Source: a virus (Duplodnaviria; Caudoviricetes). From it: a stretch of 64,000 nt of DNA. Of this stretch, positions 10,066 to 19,450 are shown piece after piece. The notes beneath the pieces were generated by a model, which was given only the letters and a program-made list of their open reading frames with translations, had not been told where the DNA came from and ran no database searches. The stretch is taken from positions 64,001 to 128,000 of IMG/VR virus record IMGVR_UViG_3300033066_000802. One strand, 5' to 3'. Within the stretch, counting starts at the first letter, position 1; the number at the start of each line of letters is the position of its first letter. The translations under genes and the position numbers were made by a program.

Positions 10066-12483
10066 TTAATTTAATGTATATGTTATTGGTATTGTTATAT
10101 TTTTGACATTTTTATGTTGATCCTCTAACTTAGCTTTTAAATTAGCTTTAATAATCATAGGTTCATGTATATCATAAATAATGTAATTATACATTTCACC
10201 CATTCTCAAAGATAAATTTATATCAACACCCTGACCAGGTGATAATATAGAACTTTTATTAATATTACATGTTGCGGTTAATGCGAGTAGATAATCCCTC
10301 ATATTACCATAATTTTCCTGATATATTGTGTTATTAATATTCTCATTAAATGTCGTTGAATTTGCAAAAACACCAACGAATTTTTTATATTCATCCTGAA
10401 ACCTTAAATGTGCATTCAATTTTTCAGGTCTTGGGTTACGATAGAATTCAACCTCTTTTGAGAGGTATTTAATAATATACTCAGGGTCGGCTAAATTTTT
10501 AGTAATCTGACCCTTTAAATAATTATCAACTTCAGTATTATTATTGTAATATAATACAACCAAAACAGGATCAGAATTTGAGTAAGCTTTTAATACATTA
10601 GCATAATCTTTTTTGGGGTCTATGTTTCTTATATATCGAGAATCTCGTTTCGGGTCACCTGTATTATAAATCCACGAATGACCATACATAACATTTAAAT
10701 CATTCTTTGAAATTATTCTTTCATTTAAATCGTTATGGCGATTATAATCAACGTAATAAAAGTAATTATCTTGTATATAAGACCCAAAATTCTTAGAATC
10801 GGCAATATCAAATCCAGCACCAGCAATATGTTTATCAACTTGGAAATACATACTCGCAACTAAATTATGTGTAACAAAATTAAACATATCTGAATAACCA
10901 CTAAAATTTTCACACAATATAGTTTTCTGTGACCCACCTAACTTATTACTCACATTATATGATGCACCATAAACCAAATTTTTAGGGTCACTGTCATGAA
11001 TACCGCTGGCATATTTATAGTGATCGAGAGCGTTATTATCAACCGAAAAATCAGTAATTGACAATGATTTTATAACAACACTATCATTAATAGAATTGTT
11101 TCTAATATGTATAGTATCTATTAAGCGCTCATGAACATTAGCCGAAATTTCCTGGTTTGCATTATTAATAAATAATGTCTTTTTTGTTGCAGGTAATGTC
11201 TTTTTTATCGAAATCATAGTAGGTGTATAATATTTCGATAATATTAGTTCATTTAGTTGTGTATAATTATTATCTGTTGGGAATGTCCTTAGATATTTCA
11301 CTATCTGATCCTTATCAACGTATTTCTTATCAAGATTATCGATAACGTTTATAGAATTTTTATTTACACTCACATTAAACTTATAGTTAGAATCAACTAT
11401 AATTTCCTCTGATTCAACTAAAGGTATAGGTCTTTTATTTGGTACTATCTTACCAGCCCAGTAATCATCATAATATAACTGATATAAATCAAAATCATAA
11501 CCCTCAATATTATGTACTTTATTTACCACATTATACTCATATATTTTATATGTTTTAGTATTATAATTTAAATTAAATAACAAATACTCATTATTATGAT
11601 CAAAATTTGACGCTGATTGAATACATTTTTTACCGATATTGTTAATTGTTGATGGGATCAGTGGTATTTTAACACCCGATAATCCATCCCAAAAACTATA
11701 CTTTATATATAATTTATTGATGTTGTACTGTTTAAGGAAGTATAACCCAAAACCATCAACACCCTCAGTTAAACTAAATGTTGGTCTTAGTTGTTTAACT
11801 TTATTCGCTGACTTCTCATAATACATATATCTATCATTCACCATGACAGGTATTCCACCCAATCTCTTTTGTGTTGCTGAATTGGGAGAATCATATATCT
11901 CCATTATTAAAAATGAATTATATAAAAATGGTTTATCACTAAATTTTCTCTGCTCATTTTTCCAATTATCAATTTTTTGTGAGAAAGGAAATGTAAAAGT
12001 ATCGTAAAATAAAGGTAACCCAGATCTTAATGGTTGTATTTTATTAAGCTCTGAAACTGGATTAGTTACCGTAAATGGTTTATCCTGTAATAAACGCAAA
12101 CTACTTTTATCTATCTGATATTCATTTTTTTGTAATATATTATTATTACTCTGTTTAAAATCGTACATTGAGATTTCACCTGGTCTACCATTTAAAATAT
12201 GTGTGGCGGTACTCAAATAAGTTTTAAACTCAGGTTCAATGTTATTAATAATATCATTATTAAATTTCATATCCTTAAAGTTAAGGAAATATATAAAATA
12301 ATTAACAGTTTTGGATACTGGTTTAAATTCAAATAATTCCGCATCAAAAATTTTATTAATCGCAACACCACCCGCTTTGGTTAATAAATTTTTATAATAG
12401 AAATCCGTATCTGATGATCTATCTTCACCAAATATATCTAAATTAATATTTAAATCTGTATTCCCTACAACCGTTGTTAACAT
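10066..12483 (-). CDS. Hypothetical protein, probably structural
   Basis: 805-aa ORF overlapping its upstream neighbour by 7 bp; operon context only. Confidence 0.5.
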   Translation of the reverse strand: MLTTVVGNTDLNINLDIFGEDRSSDTDFYYKNLLTKAGGVAINKIFDAELFEFKPVSKTVNYFIYFLNFKDMKFNNDIINNIEPEFKTYLSTATHILNGRPGEISMYDFKQSNNNILQKNEYQIDKSSLRLLQDKPFTVTNPVSELNKIQPLRSGLPLFYDTFTFPFSQKIDNWKNEQRKFSDKPFLYNSFLIMEIYDSPNSATQKRLGGIPVMVNDRYMYYEKSANKVKQLRPTFSLTEGVDGFGLYFLKQYNINKLYIKYSFWDGLSGVKIPLIPSTINNIGKKCIQSASNFDHNNEYLLFNLNYNTKTYKIYEYNVVNKVHNIEGYDFDLYQLYYDDYWAGKIVPNKRPIPLVESEEIIVDSNYKFNVSVNKNSINVIDNLDKKYVDKDQIVKYLRTFPTDNNYTQLNELILSKYYTPTMISIKKTLPATKKTLFINNANQEISANVHERLIDTIHIRNNSINDSVVIKSLSITDFSVDNNALDHYKYASGIHDSDPKNLVYGASYNVSNKLGGSQKTILCENFSGYSDMFNFVTHNLVASMYFQVDKHIAGAGFDIADSKNFGSYIQDNYFYYVDYNRHNDLNERIISKNDLNVMYGHSWIYNTGDPKRDSRYIRNIDPKKDYANVLKAYSNSDPVLVVLYYNNNTEVDNYLKGQITKNLADPEYIIKYLSKEVEFYRNPRPEKLNAHLRFQDEYKKFVGVFANSTTFNENINNTIYQENYGNMRDYLLALTATCNINKSSILSPGQGVDINLSLRMGEMYNYIIYDIHEPMIIKANLKAKLEDQHKNVKNITIPITYTLN

Positions 12484-14234
12484 CTGCTATCTTTGTATTT
12501 TGCGTATAAATTATTATTACCATTATCACCATTTTCATTTGTAGGGTCACCCACAATATCAGTTATAGAATTCAATTCAGTTATAATATTATATAGAATA
12601 CCCTGGTTTAATAAATCAATATTATTAATGTCATTAAAATTCAACTTATATTTTAATGTCCTATTTTTCTCAATATTAACAAAAAAATTAATATTATTAT
12701 AAACATAAAAAGCGTTATTCTGAAATGGGAAATCAACAACATCACCATTTTCATCTGATATACCAACATCAAAAATATCACGCCAAATATATGTTTCCTT
12801 TATCTTACTATAAGTAGCGTAATTTGGCATATCTTTCACATTATTACCATTCTCAATATATGATGATAAATGACGTAGTTTTAATTTAGTAAATGGGTTG
12901 TAATGGAATAAAACATCTTTATGTATAAATCTATGACTAATACCCGCTATCTCAGTTTCACGAAGATTTTCAGTACTATATTCGCATAAAGATATTATAA
13001 ATTTATCACCCAACTTTGGCTTTTTTGTTGTTCCACTATTTGTAGATTGACTAATAACATTGAATCCATCACCATCATTAGTAAATTCAATTAACTTACT
13101 AAAACTATCTTCCACATTAGTAAATGAACCATTAGCTACCGAAGAATTCTTTATAATCGCCAAATAAACCTCATTTATTGGATACCCTAAATGATCTCTT
13201 AAATATGTACCGTCCAGATATTGATTAAAAACAAAATTTTTATTCCGTAAACCATACGGTGTTTGTGAAAAAGCACAATCATCTAATTCATCAAGAACAG
13301 CAATAACTTCACCTTCCTTCACATAGTATTCAAGAATTTCATTTTCAACTATTTTCCTTATATAATATTGCGGGGAAAATACCTTATGGGCACTTGGTCT
13401 TGACTGTACAAGGTTATCAACCTGTACCTTATCAAATGATCCAAAATCCACATTTCTTATACTTACAGGTACCTGCTTTAATGAATCAACTTTCGGCGTG
13501 TTTAAATTTAGACTAAACGATTTTGTTTTAACATATGTTGGTGAGGTCACTTTCGTATTACTAAACCCAGTCCCTTCACTAAGATTAGCTGCCGTATTCA
13601 TCGTTGTATAAACAGTATCACCCCTTACAACATCTGAGTACGAATAATTCTCATTAATTGTTACCATATTACCCCTTACACTGGTTATGGTATATACGCC
13701 ACTTCTTATATATGTATCATTTTCAGTTGCGGAATGTATATAAACTTTATCATTTATTGAAAATGTGTGACCAAGATATAAAATGAAACCCTTTCGATTA
13801 TCGTTTAATGATGGTACTCTTCTCATCGCTGGTAAACCAGAACCAATATTATATGTAATATTATTCTTACCATTATGTAATTCCTTTACACCTTTCTTAT
13901 TATCACGCTTAGTTGTATTTAAAAGAACTACAGACCAATTATTATTATTAAAATCAAGTATTGTACGATCAATATTAATCGGTATTAATTTATTTGTAAT
14001 TAAATTCTTATCATATGCTGAATAATTTATAACTGGCGTTATTTTACCATATATCCTAAAATTATTAGAGCTTTGTTTTTCAACAACAAATTGTTTATCT
14101 TGACTAATATCAAGAAATAAACTACTTTCAGTTTCAACCATAGCTGGTTGTTCTAAAATTATTCTTGTTGATAGATTAACATTAGAATTTGCCGTACTTT
14201 TGTATTCCCCTAATACCTCTGTTAAATTACTCAT
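12477..14234 (-). CDS. Putative baseplate-associated structural protein
   Basis: 585-aa ORF tightly packed in baseplate operon; C-terminal WRDIFDVG...VDFPFQN segment. Confidence 0.5.
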   Translation of the reverse strand: MSNLTEVLGEYKSTANSNVNLSTRIILEQPAMVETESSLFLDISQDKQFVVEKQSSNNFRIYGKITPVINYSAYDKNLITNKLIPINIDRTILDFNNNNWSVVLLNTTKRDNKKGVKELHNGKNNITYNIGSGLPAMRRVPSLNDNRKGFILYLGHTFSINDKVYIHSATENDTYIRSGVYTITSVRGNMVTINENYSYSDVVRGDTVYTTMNTAANLSEGTGFSNTKVTSPTYVKTKSFSLNLNTPKVDSLKQVPVSIRNVDFGSFDKVQVDNLVQSRPSAHKVFSPQYYIRKIVENEILEYYVKEGEVIAVLDELDDCAFSQTPYGLRNKNFVFNQYLDGTYLRDHLGYPINEVYLAIIKNSSVANGSFTNVEDSFSKLIEFTNDGDGFNVISQSTNSGTTKKPKLGDKFIISLCEYSTENLRETEIAGISHRFIHKDVLFHYNPFTKLKLRHLSSYIENGNNVKDMPNYATYSKIKETYIWRDIFDVGISDENGDVVDFPFQNNAFYVYNNINFFVNIEKNRTLKYKLNFNDINNIDLLNQGILYNIITELNSITDIVGDPTNENGDNGNNNLYAKYKDSRC

Positions 14235-14235
14235 C

Positions 14236-16455
14236 TTATTGTTTATATTTATAATAATTTTGGATATCGATTAATGAATTATTAGGTTCGAACCTACCAA
14301 AATAATAAAAATTATCCTTAAACATATTACCTTTATAATGATTCGGACTCCCCACAGGTGTACCAAAATAGTTAGAGTCACCTTTCATAAAAGAACTATA
14401 AACCTTATTAGCTATCAAATCATCTAATTCATCTGTAATATCATACACCGACACATCAATTAAATCCGTTAAGCTACCGTATGTAGTTGAACTCATAAAA
14501 GCACCAAATGTATATTGTGGATCAACTGCTTGTGTGTATGGATTCTGCACACCAAAAGAATTAGCTGTAGAACCTGGAGCATTCTTTAAATCTAAAGCTA
14601 ATGGTGTTAAAGAAACTTGAGCTAAAGCTGTATTGTCGCCGTAATCCCATGTGGTTTTAGTGCCATATACATTTGAGCCATCTGAATTAATATAATCACC
14701 GCCAGCATACAAATCATCAAAAACACTACCAGCATTAATACCATGAACGCCCAAACCAATACCTAATATTTTTTCATATGTTTTAAGTGTGGTTGTATAT
14801 GTTTTTGGTAATGTAATATCTTGTAAAGCGAGTAAATTTATAGGTCCGTATATATCAAAGTCTTTATCATATGTATCATAAACACTATTAGGTTGAAAAG
14901 CTAACCTTGGCATTAAAATTGAACCTATTATGCTAACACTATCAAGGTATTGAACATCTCTATAATCTATAGGATAATTCCAATAAATGTCAGGTGATAC
15001 TTTATTTGGGTTTAGTTGTGGGAACCAAGATATATTACCACTACCACTAAGTACATTAACTTTACTATGTGTATTATATGTTGTTTTTATTGTATAAAAT
15101 TTTCTTTTTTTATTAATTATATCATACTCAAAAACAGAATTACTAATATCTTCCCAACCACCCGTAGCTGGATCACCGAAAGGAGATGCTGGAACCCTAA
15201 AGCCAGGTAAAATATTATTACCATACCACCCCTGTGGGTTTCGTCTATTATACCATATTTCACTACTTTCATAAAATTCAAAAGTATAACAACCTTTCGT
15301 TGGTATACCCATGCTGGTATCAGTTGTTGGTACAAGATCACCAAATTCATTAGTAAAATAATAATCTGAATACATCGGTAATGATAATCTAAAAATACCA
15401 TTATCACTTTCGGTTGAATAGACACCAACCCTTTTTCTACTTTTACCGTCAGTATCTAATTTATAAACCACAATTTTTGGTTGTTGGTATGGGTAAATAT
15501 CACCAGTATTATACCCAACGGAGGCATCCTTAGCTAAAATCTCAGGTTGTTTATTAATCTGATAATCATAATTCCTATTAATTGTAAAACCACCACTTAC
15601 AGAATCCAAATAACCAAAGAATACAGCTGTTGGTGCGTACTTATAATTAATTTTAAAATCACATCTGGTAATACCAACATCACAATTATTGCTGTCACCC
15701 CAAAAAGGCGAAACATTTATATTCTTAACCTGACTAAAGATATTAGGCATTGATGATATATCCAATTTAACTTTAACTTGGAAATCATTATTACCATAAT
15801 ATGTATAATCTGGTATTTTATTAGGGTCGACAGACTCTATCGTACCAGTTAAATTTAAAATAGAATCTAAAGAACTATTTACTGTTGATTGCTGAACCAA
15901 ATCATTCGCTGTTAAATCAAATGACGTTGTATCAAATAAATCAAAATCCATTACAACATCATGCACCCCAAGCGGAACACCAAAAATCATATAATCACCA
16001 GCGTAATTTGTTGTTGTTGTATATTTATAATATTTTTCATATATTTCAACAGTTTGAGGATACTGTGAAAAATCACTCGTGTCGAAAAAATTACCAACAG
16101 CTCTATGGCTTGGGTTATTATTTCTTACTCTGGGTAATAAATTATACCTAACACCATTAGGAAATGTATCTGTAACCGATGTAAATGGATATAATTGCGT
16201 TATTTCTGGTCTATTAAGATCCTCTTCAGTTATCGGTACAAATACCGTAACCTTAGCATTCTCCACACCATACCCACTATTAAGTGCCACTCTACCAACA
16301 ATAACACCAAAATCCGAACACATCCTTCTGTATGCTTCGGAATTAGTTATCTTTAAACTTAAAACATCAAGACTTTCGAACTCTTGATCTAATTTAACCC
16401 TTACAACCTTTTCAGCTGTATCGTTTAAATTTATTGGTACCCTTACATTACTCAT
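14236..16455 (-). CDS. Putative baseplate protein with N-terminal transthyretin/carboxypeptidase-regulatory-like beta-sandwich
   Basis: GVIVGRV...GVENAKVTVF...TTTTNYAGDYMIFGVPLG matches the CarboxypepD_reg-like pattern; immediately downstream of gp6/J. Confidence 0.55.
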   Translation of the reverse strand: MSNVRVPINLNDTAEKVVRVKLDQEFESLDVLSLKITNSEAYRRMCSDFGVIVGRVALNSGYGVENAKVTVFVPITEEDLNRPEITQLYPFTSVTDTFPNGVRYNLLPRVRNNNPSHRAVGNFFDTSDFSQYPQTVEIYEKYYKYTTTTNYAGDYMIFGVPLGVHDVVMDFDLFDTTSFDLTANDLVQQSTVNSSLDSILNLTGTIESVDPNKIPDYTYYGNNDFQVKVKLDISSMPNIFSQVKNINVSPFWGDSNNCDVGITRCDFKINYKYAPTAVFFGYLDSVSGGFTINRNYDYQINKQPEILAKDASVGYNTGDIYPYQQPKIVVYKLDTDGKSRKRVGVYSTESDNGIFRLSLPMYSDYYFTNEFGDLVPTTDTSMGIPTKGCYTFEFYESSEIWYNRRNPQGWYGNNILPGFRVPASPFGDPATGGWEDISNSVFEYDIINKKRKFYTIKTTYNTHSKVNVLSGSGNISWFPQLNPNKVSPDIYWNYPIDYRDVQYLDSVSIIGSILMPRLAFQPNSVYDTYDKDFDIYGPINLLALQDITLPKTYTTTLKTYEKILGIGLGVHGINAGSVFDDLYAGGDYINSDGSNVYGTKTTWDYGDNTALAQVSLTPLALDLKNAPGSTANSFGVQNPYTQAVDPQYTFGAFMSSTTYGSLTDLIDVSVYDITDELDDLIANKVYSSFMKGDSNYFGTPVGSPNHYKGNMFKDNFYYFGRFEPNNSLIDIQNYYKYKQ

Positions 16456-16456
16456 A

Positions 16457-18292
16457 TTATATTAATGTTCTAATTGGTGTTGAAGCGACTGGTATAACCA
16501 CGATGTCAGTATTAGGATTTCTTAATTGTAGAATCTGATTTTCATCACAATTAATTACCCCAGATGATAAATCAATTTCACCCGTAACGGTATCAAACAA
16601 ACTTTGATTTATTGTATTTTGTGAATAACCAACTGAAGTCTTATTAAATACCTTAATATATGTTATATTAAGAACACCCTGGATTGCACTTATTATTTTT
16701 ATTAGATTGAATATGTAATAACTTTGACCCATTTGCCTTTTGGATGCTAAAAATTCGTTAGTAACCGATTGTATAATTTGGGTTATTGTTGATAACTGGC
16801 TATTCTGATCAATTAAAACAGAAATTTCAAACCCAAGATCAATCACTTCCCCTGGCGCTACAACAACATAGTCATTTATCATTCTGTATTCAGAGAGATA
16901 TGTTGCAATATTCTCCATTATTACACTGGTCACCTGACTATCAAAAGCTCCGCTGGCACCCATTGTAATTGGATTTATCTCAATTTTATTCATATTTTGC
17001 CTTACACCAACTCTGGCAGGTGTACCAAATTTACTCGGCATACCTAACAATATCGCCTTATAATCATTCAAGGTTACCGCACGATCCTGAGCGGCAAAGT
17101 TATACGCTATGTAATTCCTTAATTCTTCAATAGATGGGGCTTCACCGCCACCAATTGCTGGTGTAATATTCGTTACTGTTAATGAGCCTTGCACAATAGC
17201 ATTCAATGTTGTGTCAGGTCCGTTTAAAGCTATATTCATATAACCAAACGTATCTATTACGTTTGCACCAATATTTGTTGCCGTACCACCACCAACTCTG
17301 TATTTAATATACATTGTGGTATTCGTCAGCGGAGCTAAACCCAAACTGTTATTGTTTAGAAAACTATTAAGATTTATGCTATTACCAGACAAGAAACTGT
17401 CAAGTATATCGAATGATTGGTTTGTTTTTGAACCAAATGTTAGGGTACAGAAACCAGTTGGTGTAAACTCTCTTACAAATTTAAAATCAGTTTCTAACCA
17501 TTGACCCTTATAATAACCATTTTCATCTGGTGGTACCGCAGTATCATAAACAAATACACTATTCTGAGCTAAAGAATTAACCTCATACCACCTATTGGTT
17601 TGAGAATTAAATTCACTATCAGTTGGGTTTTTCGTATAATTAGTACCATTTTTATAAATCACAGATTCAATAGCCAACACGTTATTTTCTGGTAAAGTAA
17701 TCTTGTAAAAAGGAACTGGGGTAGAATTACCAAAAACTTGTGTATATATCCTGGTAGTACCAGCTGTTACAATACCCGTTTTAGTTATTGTATATGCTGT
17801 TAAAACCCCGTTATTGAATATTGGTGTTTTCGTCCTATCAAGTGACCCAGATGAATTATAATTACTACCAAAATCAACATCATAAAGTAATTCAAAATTT
17901 TGACCATTACCAATAACCTGAGTACCTGCACGTAAGACTGGTAAATATCTCTTATCCTCAGCATCGGCAAATACAGGTATTTGTGCGCTGAATTGACAAA
18001 CCGCTATACTCGCAGATAACGTTGGTAATTTCAAACCATAGGTTTTAGCAATATTGTATAGTGATCTTCTTTCCTGAGCAAAATCTAATACAGTTTCCTG
18101 TAATGATCTATCAATATTAAAATGTAAGTTATCTGCCAAGGCTGCGCCAAGATCCAAAAATACCGACATTATTGATCCATCATTGAAGTTCTGAATAACC
18201 TCAGGATAATACTTATTTATGTAATCTATCTGTTCTTGTCTTAAAGTAGCGAAATCTCTACTTGAGTACGATATTGTATTTGTTGTTGCCAT
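16457..18292 (-). CDS. Baseplate wedge subunit (T4 gp6 / P2 gpJ-like)
   Basis: N-terminal YSSRDF..LR; YRVGGG..TN; GGGEAPSIEELR...AQDRAVTLNDY are baseplate J motifs; adjacent to gp25. Confidence 0.9.
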   Translation of the reverse strand: MATTNTISYSSRDFATLRQEQIDYINKYYPEVIQNFNDGSIMSVFLDLGAALADNLHFNIDRSLQETVLDFAQERRSLYNIAKTYGLKLPTLSASIAVCQFSAQIPVFADAEDKRYLPVLRAGTQVIGNGQNFELLYDVDFGSNYNSSGSLDRTKTPIFNNGVLTAYTITKTGIVTAGTTRIYTQVFGNSTPVPFYKITLPENNVLAIESVIYKNGTNYTKNPTDSEFNSQTNRWYEVNSLAQNSVFVYDTAVPPDENGYYKGQWLETDFKFVREFTPTGFCTLTFGSKTNQSFDILDSFLSGNSINLNSFLNNNSLGLAPLTNTTMYIKYRVGGGTATNIGANVIDTFGYMNIALNGPDTTLNAIVQGSLTVTNITPAIGGGEAPSIEELRNYIAYNFAAQDRAVTLNDYKAILLGMPSKFGTPARVGVRQNMNKIEINPITMGASGAFDSQVTSVIMENIATYLSEYRMINDYVVVAPGEVIDLGFEISVLIDQNSQLSTITQIIQSVTNEFLASKRQMGQSYYIFNLIKIISAIQGVLNITYIKVFNKTSVGYSQNTINQSLFDTVTGEIDLSSGVINCDENQILQLRNPNTDIVVIPVASTPIRTLI

Positions 18293-18296
18293 TATG

Positions 18297-18713
18297 TTAG
18301 AAAGTTAATGTTATATCATCCGATACCTGAAAGGTTCTCGAAGTTATTGTGTAATCTATTTTTACCGTAACCGTATGCTGTTTCTCATAATCATTAACAT
18401 ATTGTAAATTATTCATATATTGTGTTACATTTATATTATTGATTTTTAGGTTTGGTAAATAAGCTTCGCATGAGGTTTTTATCTCATTTTTTATTGCCGT
18501 AATTACTGTATCCGTTAGCGGTTCGAATATATATTGATATAAATTTGTTCCGAAATCAGGTAAAAAATACCTCGATCCTTTCCTCGTTAACAGTAAATGT
18601 ATCAGATTTGACTTAATCTCCTTTTCTGGATATGTGGTCAAATCCAAGAAGTCACCATTGATGGAGTCCTTGAATGGGAAATTTATACCTAATGTTTTTT
18701 GTCTGAAATCCAT
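18297..18713 (-). CDS. Baseplate wedge subunit gp25-like (GPW/gp25)
   Basis: GINFPF...IKSNLIHLLLTRKGSRYFLPDFGTNLYQYIFEP is the gp25 signature. Confidence 0.92.
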   Translation of the reverse strand: MDFRQKTLGINFPFKDSINGDFLDLTTYPEKEIKSNLIHLLLTRKGSRYFLPDFGTNLYQYIFEPLTDTVITAIKNEIKTSCEAYLPNLKINNINVTQYMNNLQYVNDYEKQHTVTVKIDYTITSRTFQVSDDITLTF

Positions 18714-18760
18714 GCCAAATATTTATTATAAATAGTAATCAAAATAAAAATATTGTAAAT

Positions 18761-18790
18761 AAAAAACCACCCAGGATCACTGAGTGGTTC
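18761..18790 (-). terminator. Rho-independent terminator after the nrdJ/HNH unit
   Basis: Minus-strand AACCACUCAG-UGAUC-CUGGGUGGUU stem (one G-U pair) followed by a U tract. Confidence 0.75.
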
Positions 18791-18812
18791 ATATCTTGTT
18801 TATTTTAATAAC

Positions 18813-19388
18813 TTATTTGACTTCACAACCAGCGGCACCGCCACTATGTTCAGTAACTAATTTACACATCTTGATGAAATGTTCCTGTGTGTAAATTCTC
18901 TTCATCATATTAATGTCTTTATGTACCCATTGAACATTACCTTCAATATAACCCTTATCATTATTAATTCTATCTAAAGACATAGTTAAATTATTATGTG
19001 AATTGTCTAATAATAAACCACTTAATAAACATTTTTTATTTTGTTTAATAAATAAATCATTAAGATAAACCATTGTTAAGTCGAACTCAATATTTCTAAA
19101 TTTTGCATCTCTTTTTATTTTACTAAATACTTTACCAGGTAAACTATTGTAACCTCGCCAAGCTGGGTTATTTTCTTTTTTTAATGAATTACCACAAATT
19201 AAACATTTTGTTGATGTCCCTTTAATTAATGAATAACAAGATACTTTACTTATTTTTCCACATGAACATTTACATGTTACTTTAGCCTCTCGTTCAATTA
19301 TAATGTTACCATCAATGATAACATATTCACCATATTTTTGACCAATATTAAATTTATTAACATATTTAGACGTATTTTTATATCCCAT
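18813..19388 (-). CDS. Free-standing HNH (His-Me finger) homing endonuclease ending in a copy of the NrdJ C-terminal peptide
   Basis: CKCSCG and C..CG Zn motifs, ENNPAWRG, SLDRINNDKGYIEGNVQWVHKDINMMK. Start moved from the track's 19442 to ATG 19388 because 19418-19439 is a terminator hairpin and TATTTAT precedes 19388. Confidence 0.8.
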   Translation of the reverse strand: MGYKNTSKYVNKFNIGQKYGEYVIIDGNIIIEREAKVTCKCSCGKISKVSCYSLIKGTSTKCLICGNSLKKENNPAWRGYNSLPGKVFSKIKRDAKFRNIEFDLTMVYLNDLFIKQNKKCLLSGLLLDNSHNNLTMSLDRINNDKGYIEGNVQWVHKDINMMKRIYTQEHFIKMCKLVTEHSGGAAGCEVK

Positions 19389-19413
19389 ACTAATAAATAT
19401 GTTGATATTTACT

Positions 19414-19439
19414 AAAAGTGCTGGTTTAAAAACCAGCAC
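19414..19439 (-). terminator. Terminator directly after the nrdJ stop
   Basis: Perfect inverted repeat gtgctggttt/aaaccagcac (19418-19439), followed by TTTT on the minus strand. Confidence 0.7.
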
Positions 19440-19450
19440 CATTTGTAAAC

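Noticed and set aside
19389-19442. N-terminal 18 codons of the track's 209-aa ORF
   Set aside because: They span a terminator hairpin and the TATTTAT motif; ATG 19388 is the likelier start.
18813-19450. Group I intron interrupting nrdJ
   Set aside because: nrdJ already ends with a complete Cys pair and stop, and there is no room for an intron core around the HNH ORF; terminus duplication fits better.
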